Shown here piece by piece: positions 6,816 to 10,823 of a stretch of DNA of 10,823 bases. The DNA is from an uncultured Chloroflexia bacterium (GTDB lineage: Bacteria; Chloroflexota; Dehalococcoidia; DSTF01; JALHUB01): contig CAVSBT010000008.1 of the NCBI GenBank assembly GCA_963726245.1, positions 1 through 10,823 of the forward strand. The letters are read 5' to 3'. Made by a program: the position numbers and the translations under genes. The notes beneath the pieces were generated by a model that was given only the letters and a program-made list of their open reading frames with translations, did not search any database and was not told the origin of the DNA. Every line of letters starts with the position of its first letter. Within the stretch, counting starts at the first letter, position 1.

Positions 6816-8351
6816 ATGGCGGTGAAGATCCCTGAGAATCTGCGCGATCTGATCGAGCTGAACCTGGCGCAGCGACCCGACCAGACTTTCATCTTCTGGC
6901 GAGATGAAGAGGTCTCCTACCGCGCCCTTGACGAGCGGGCCAACCGCGTAGCAAACGGCCTACGCGCCCTGGGGGTGGGCAAGGGAGATGTTGTATCGGT
7001 CTGCCTGCCCAACTGTCCGGAATTCCTTTACACCTGGTTTGGCATCACCAAACTGGGTGCCGTGTTCGGGCCGGTCAATGCCATGTTCAAGGGCGACGAG
7101 GTGCGCCACGTTCTGAGCGACTCCGGCGCGGTGGTGGTAGTGACCAGCCGGATGCTGCTCGACACGATCAACGCCGTCCGCGACGGCTGCCCCGACTTAC
7201 GCCAGGTAGTCTGCCTCGAAGGCGAGGCCCCGGGGGTCATGGCCTTCGACGAGCTGATGAAACATCCTCCGGAGCTGGAGCCGGTCGCGCTGGCCCGCGA
7301 TGACCTGGCGGCGATCGTCTACACCTCCGGCACCACTGGCCGGCCCAAGGGAGCGATGCTCTCCCACTTCAACTACGTCTGGGACGCCATGGCGGCGGTG
7401 GACGTCATGCCCGTTCAGCCGGGCCAGGATCGCCTGGGACTCATCCTGCCCCTTTTCCATGTCAATGCCCAGCTCACCACCCTATTCCAGATCTACGTTG
7501 GAGGCGCCGTGGCTATGTGGGAGCGGTTCAGTCCCAGCGATTTCTGGGAGACTGTCCAACACTTCCGTCCCACCACCTTCTCAGCCGTGCCCACAATGCT
7601 GAGCATCCTGCTGGCCGCGCCGCGGCCGGAGGGGTTGGACACGAGCTCGCTCCGTTATGTTATCTGCGGCGCCGCTCCTCTGCCCCTCGACATCTTCGAG
7701 CGGTTCGAGGAGACCTTTGACCTGCGCATTCTGGAGGGCTACGGCCTCACGGAAGCCACGTGTGTCTCGTCGCTCAACCCGTACTGGGGCATCCGCAAGG
7801 TAGGGTCGATCGGTCTCCCTCTGCGGGGCCAGCCTATGAAGATCGTGGACGAGAACATGAACGAGCTTCCGCCGAGGGAACTGGGAGAGATCGTAGTCAA
7901 GGGGCCCAATGTCATGCAGGGCTACTACAACAACCCGGAAGCGACCGCCGAGACGATCGTCGATGGCTGGGTGCGCACCGGCGACGTCGGCTATATCGAT
8001 GAGGACGGCTACTTCTTCATCGTTGACCGCAAGAAGGAGATGATCATCCGCGGCGGCGAGAACATCTACCCTCGCGAGATCGAGGAGGTGCTGTTCACCC
8101 ACCCGAAGATCGCCGAGGCAGCGGTGATAGGCCGTCCCGACCCCATCTGGGGCGAAGAGGTGGTGGCTATCATTCTGCCCCAGCCGGGCGAGACGCTGAC
8201 CGCCGAGGAGGTCCAGGAGTTCTGCAAAGCGCGCCTGGCCAGCTACAAGACACCGCGTGAGGTGAAGTTCCGCCAAGACCTCCCCAAGACCCTTACCGGC
8301 AAGGTGATCAAGAAGGCGCTGAAGGAAGAGCTAATGCAGGAGGGCGGATAG
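6816..8351 (+). CDS. Acyl-CoA synthetase / long-chain-fatty-acid-CoA ligase (AMP-binding family)
   Basis: 511 aa with YTSGTTGRPKG, LPLFH, EGYGLTE, GPNVMQGYY, RTGD, RGGENIYPREIE and LPKTLTGK. Confidence 0.96.
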   Translation: MAVKIPENLRDLIELNLAQRPDQTFIFWRDEEVSYRALDERANRVANGLRALGVGKGDVVSVCLPNCPEFLYTWFGITKLGAVFGPVNAMFKGDEVRHVLSDSGAVVVVTSRMLLDTINAVRDGCPDLRQVVCLEGEAPGVMAFDELMKHPPELEPVALARDDLAAIVYTSGTTGRPKGAMLSHFNYVWDAMAAVDVMPVQPGQDRLGLILPLFHVNAQLTTLFQIYVGGAVAMWERFSPSDFWETVQHFRPTTFSAVPTMLSILLAAPRPEGLDTSSLRYVICGAAPLPLDIFERFEETFDLRILEGYGLTEATCVSSLNPYWGIRKVGSIGLPLRGQPMKIVDENMNELPPRELGEIVVKGPNVMQGYYNNPEATAETIVDGWVRTGDVGYIDEDGYFFIVDRKKEMIIRGGENIYPREIEEVLFTHPKIAEAAVIGRPDPIWGEEVVAIILPQPGETLTAEEVQEFCKARLASYKTPREVKFRQDLPKTLTGKVIKKALKEELMQEGG

Positions 8352-8473
8352 GGACGGGGTACCGCCGCGCGCCGTTGTGTCCCCTTCCTCTCAGCCCCTG
8401 CTCTGGCCTTGGGCCCGGGACCTCTGTCTCGCCCGAAGCAGCCCCAACTCGAACTCCGGGAATGCCCCGCCAC

Positions 8474-8502
8474 TTGAAAGAGCACTGTAAGCAGCATACA
8501 CT
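8474..8502 (+). promoter_or_regulatory. Sigma70-type promoter upstream of the GMC oxidoreductase
   Basis: TTGAAA (8474-8479), 17-bp spacer, TACACT (8497-8502). Confidence 0.62.
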
Positions 8503-8547
8503 GCCATCGCATTGCAGCATTTCGCAACCTTACGAAGGGGGTATGCC

Positions 8548-9879
8548 GTGGGGGAGCAGACTACGATTCTAGAGGCTGACGTGGTGGTGGTCGGCTCGGG
8601 ACCGGGCGGCGCAACCGTAGCCCGCCAACTCGCTCGCGCGGGGCAACGGGTAAGGCTCCTGGAGATGGGCAGAGACTACCGTCGCGACCGCTACTACGGC
8701 AGCCATCTCGGAGCCCTTATCTACTCTGACAAGCACAGCCTGCTCTTCACGGAGGAAGGGCTGAACATTATCCGGCCGATAATGGTGGGCGGCGCCACGA
8801 ACATGTATTGCGCTTGTTGTGCGATGCCGCCTTCGTGGCTGAAGGAACGCTACCGCGTCGACTTGGACGAGCACGCCGCGGAAACCGTAGCTGAGTTGGG
8901 CGCGCGGCCTTTGCCGAATGACCTGCTTGGGGAGGGTTCTCGCAGGGTGATGGAGGCCGGCCAGGAGCTGGGCCAGGACTGGCAGCCCCTGCCCAAGTTC
9001 ATGAACCCCTCACGCAGCCGGCGCTTCGATTGTGGCGCCAAGTGCATGCTGGGCTGCCGCTGTAGCACCAAATGGACCGCCAATGAATACGTCGACGAAG
9101 CCATCGCCGCGGGTTGCACGTTGGCTGCCGGCGCGCGTGTCGACGAACTTATCGTCGAGAATGGGAAGGTAGGCGGCGTGAGGGGGACTCTTGGTCGCCG
9201 CCGGCCGTTCGAGGTGCGCGCCAGGGTGGTGGTGCTATCAGCGGGCGGGATAGGCACACCCTTGATTCTTCAGAAATCGGGCTTCGCTGAGGCGGGACGC
9301 GGGATGGCGCTCGACATTACGGCGATGATGTACGGGGTCTGGAAGGAGCGGGGCACAGCCTTCGAGCCCCCGATGACTGTCGGCTACAGTGACCTGGAGC
9401 ACGGGTACATGCTCAGCACGCTCATTGATCCCTGGATCGTGTACCCCATCATGGCTGCCCTGAAAGGCCCGCGCTACGCTCTGAGTTGGCGCAACTACCG
9501 CCGCACCGTGGGCGTCATGATCAAGGTGACCGACGAAGTGTCCGGCATAATCTCGGTGGAGGGCCGCATTACCAAGCCTATGACGTCCCGTGACCGGGAG
9601 CGGCTACATCATGCCAGCGTCGTCGCCCGGCGAATCCTGGTGAAGGCAGGCTGCGATCCCGAATCGATCTTCTTGTCGCGGCTTCGCGGCACTCATCCCA
9701 GCGCCACCGTTCGTCTCGGGGAAATGGTGGATCAAGACCTTGAAACGACCGTCAAGAATCTCTACGTCTGCGACGCCAGCGTTTTCCCGGAGGCGCTTGG
9801 CCAGCCCACCGTCCTCACTATCATCTCCTTTGCCAAGCTCCTCAGCGAACACCTGCTCCGCGGTGTCTTGGCGCAGTAG
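8548..9879 (+). CDS. GMC-family FAD oxidoreductase
   Basis: GTG 8548 with SD AAGGGGGT. Motifs VVVVGSGPGG, VGGAT, CGAKCMLGC, VVLSAGGIGTP, catalytic HPSATVR and LYVCDASVFP...PTVLTI. 443 aa from this start. Confidence 0.92.
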   Translation: MGEQTTILEADVVVVGSGPGGATVARQLARAGQRVRLLEMGRDYRRDRYYGSHLGALIYSDKHSLLFTEEGLNIIRPIMVGGATNMYCACCAMPPSWLKERYRVDLDEHAAETVAELGARPLPNDLLGEGSRRVMEAGQELGQDWQPLPKFMNPSRSRRFDCGAKCMLGCRCSTKWTANEYVDEAIAAGCTLAAGARVDELIVENGKVGGVRGTLGRRRPFEVRARVVVLSAGGIGTPLILQKSGFAEAGRGMALDITAMMYGVWKERGTAFEPPMTVGYSDLEHGYMLSTLIDPWIVYPIMAALKGPRYALSWRNYRRTVGVMIKVTDEVSGIISVEGRITKPMTSRDRERLHHASVVARRILVKAGCDPESIFLSRLRGTHPSATVRLGEMVDQDLETTVKNLYVCDASVFPEALGQPTVLTIISFAKLLSEHLLRGVLAQ

Positions 9880-9941
9880 GCGGCATTCATCTGCTATCGA
9901 AGCCAGGGCGGGCTAGCGGTCGCGGCGGAAGGAGCCTCGCA

Positions 9942-10745
9942 ATGACCAGAGCAGCAAGAGAACGCCTCGAGTACCGGCTCACCGCCCGCAACGACCAACC
10001 GAACTCCCCGAACCCGATCCATCGCGATGACTACGCCCGCTCGCTCGGCTACCCGGCCGGCCTGGTCGCGGGCGTCACCCTCTACGACTACGTCTGCGAC
10101 GCTGCGATACGCCTGATGGGTGGCGACTGGATGGTCCACGGCTACGGCGAGGTACGCTTCCGGGCTCCCATATTCGACGGCGACGAACTGACCATCGCCG
10201 CGGAGCCTCTCGATAACGGCGACTGGCAGGTGAGGCTGCTCTGCGACGGGTTGCGCACGGAGGCCGTTGTTGGACCCTACCGTGAATCGATCCGCGTCGA
10301 CGACCTCAGGCGCGGAGCCAAGGAGGCACCGCAGATGCTGGTGAAGGACGCCTCCCTGAAGGGTATGCCCCTACCCGAGCCTGACGAGCGCAGCCTGAGC
10401 CGCGAGCAACTCGATCAGTACCTCGCCGACGCCGGCCTGGAGGGCACACCGCTTGCGCACGAGCTCCGCTCTCGCGGCCTCTTCACCCCCCATGTGATCG
10501 CCGGCGCGCCGTTCGAGCTCCTGTGGCGGCACCGGCCGTACGCCGTCGTCATCCACACCAGCAGCGTGACGGAATGGACCGGACCGGCGCGCCTGGGGGA
10601 GACGCTCTCTACGTGGGGTGTGGTCGAGGACGCCTTCGAGAAGAAAGGGCGCTTCTACATAACGCAGCGCGTGGTCACGGTGGACAGCGCGGGCAACCGG
10701 GTCGCGCGGATGCTGCACACCGCCACGTACGAGCCGACCCGCTAG
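9942..10745 (+). CDS. Double hot-dog fold protein, MaoC-like (R)-enoyl-CoA hydratase/dehydratase candidate
   Basis: SD AAGGAG. N-domain NPIHRDDYARSLGYPAGLVAG and VRFRAPIFDGDEL; C-domain IHTSS...PARLGETL...FEKKG. Confidence 0.75.
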   Translation: MTRAARERLEYRLTARNDQPNSPNPIHRDDYARSLGYPAGLVAGVTLYDYVCDAAIRLMGGDWMVHGYGEVRFRAPIFDGDELTIAAEPLDNGDWQVRLLCDGLRTEAVVGPYRESIRVDDLRRGAKEAPQMLVKDASLKGMPLPEPDERSLSREQLDQYLADAGLEGTPLAHELRSRGLFTPHVIAGAPFELLWRHRPYAVVIHTSSVTEWTGPARLGETLSTWGVVEDAFEKKGRFYITQRVVTVDSAGNRVARMLHTATYEPTR

Positions 10746-10766
10746 CCGGGCCAACGTAGGGAAAGG

Positions 10767-10823
10767 ATGGGTGTGGCCACCCAACAGTCTTCGATTGTAA
10801 CTCCAGATCGAAGCTGGGTTTGG
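10767..10823 (+). CDS. Possible 5' start of a downstream gene, truncated by the window end
   Basis: A purine-rich AGGGAAAGG precedes ATG 10767 and in-frame GTG 10773. The frame is open to the window end (MGVATQQSSIVTPDRSWVW) but too short to identify. Confidence 0.3.
   Translation, partial: MGVATQQSSIVTPDRSWVW

Noticed and set aside
4866-8276. Several long minus-strand ORFs (264, 186, 188 and 231 aa)
   Set aside because: They are shadows of well-supported plus-strand genes and contain no motifs.
8350-8390. GGGAC...GTCCC possible terminator after the ligase
   Set aside because: The stem is short and interrupted, with no U-tract.
10768-10813. Two small hairpins (TGGGTG/CACCCA and CTTCGAT/ATCGAAG) as a tRNA or ncRNA
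   Set aside because: There is no tRNA cloverleaf or recognised RNA family signature. The region is truncated by the window edge and may simply be coding.

Overview
GC-rich bacterial window with a mosaic, catabolic character. The left end (about 100-1635) holds a decayed integrase-core (rve-type DDE) IS remnant and a 154-bp internally deleted MITE-like relative, which bracket an intact alpha/beta-hydrolase. Next come a minus-strand acyl-CoA dehydrogenase of the ChsE/FadE26-29 type and a divergent LMW phosphatase with the YwlE (arginine phosphatase) P-loop. A promoter-led operon follows: Ltp4-like and Ltp3-like non-canonical thiolase-fold proteins, a Zn-ribbon/OB-fold (DUF35) partner and an acyl-CoA synthetase. 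A second promoter drives a Cys-rich GMC oxidoreductase, a double hot-dog (MaoC-like) protein and possibly one more gene that runs off the window. Three consecutive genes each carry one extra base, which is most likely sequencing error. I see no CRISPR array, RNA gene or defence system. The best candidate for something new is a putative retro-aldol catabolic module for a steroid side chain or branched lipid, with a shared candidate operator; its substrate is inferred, not shown.
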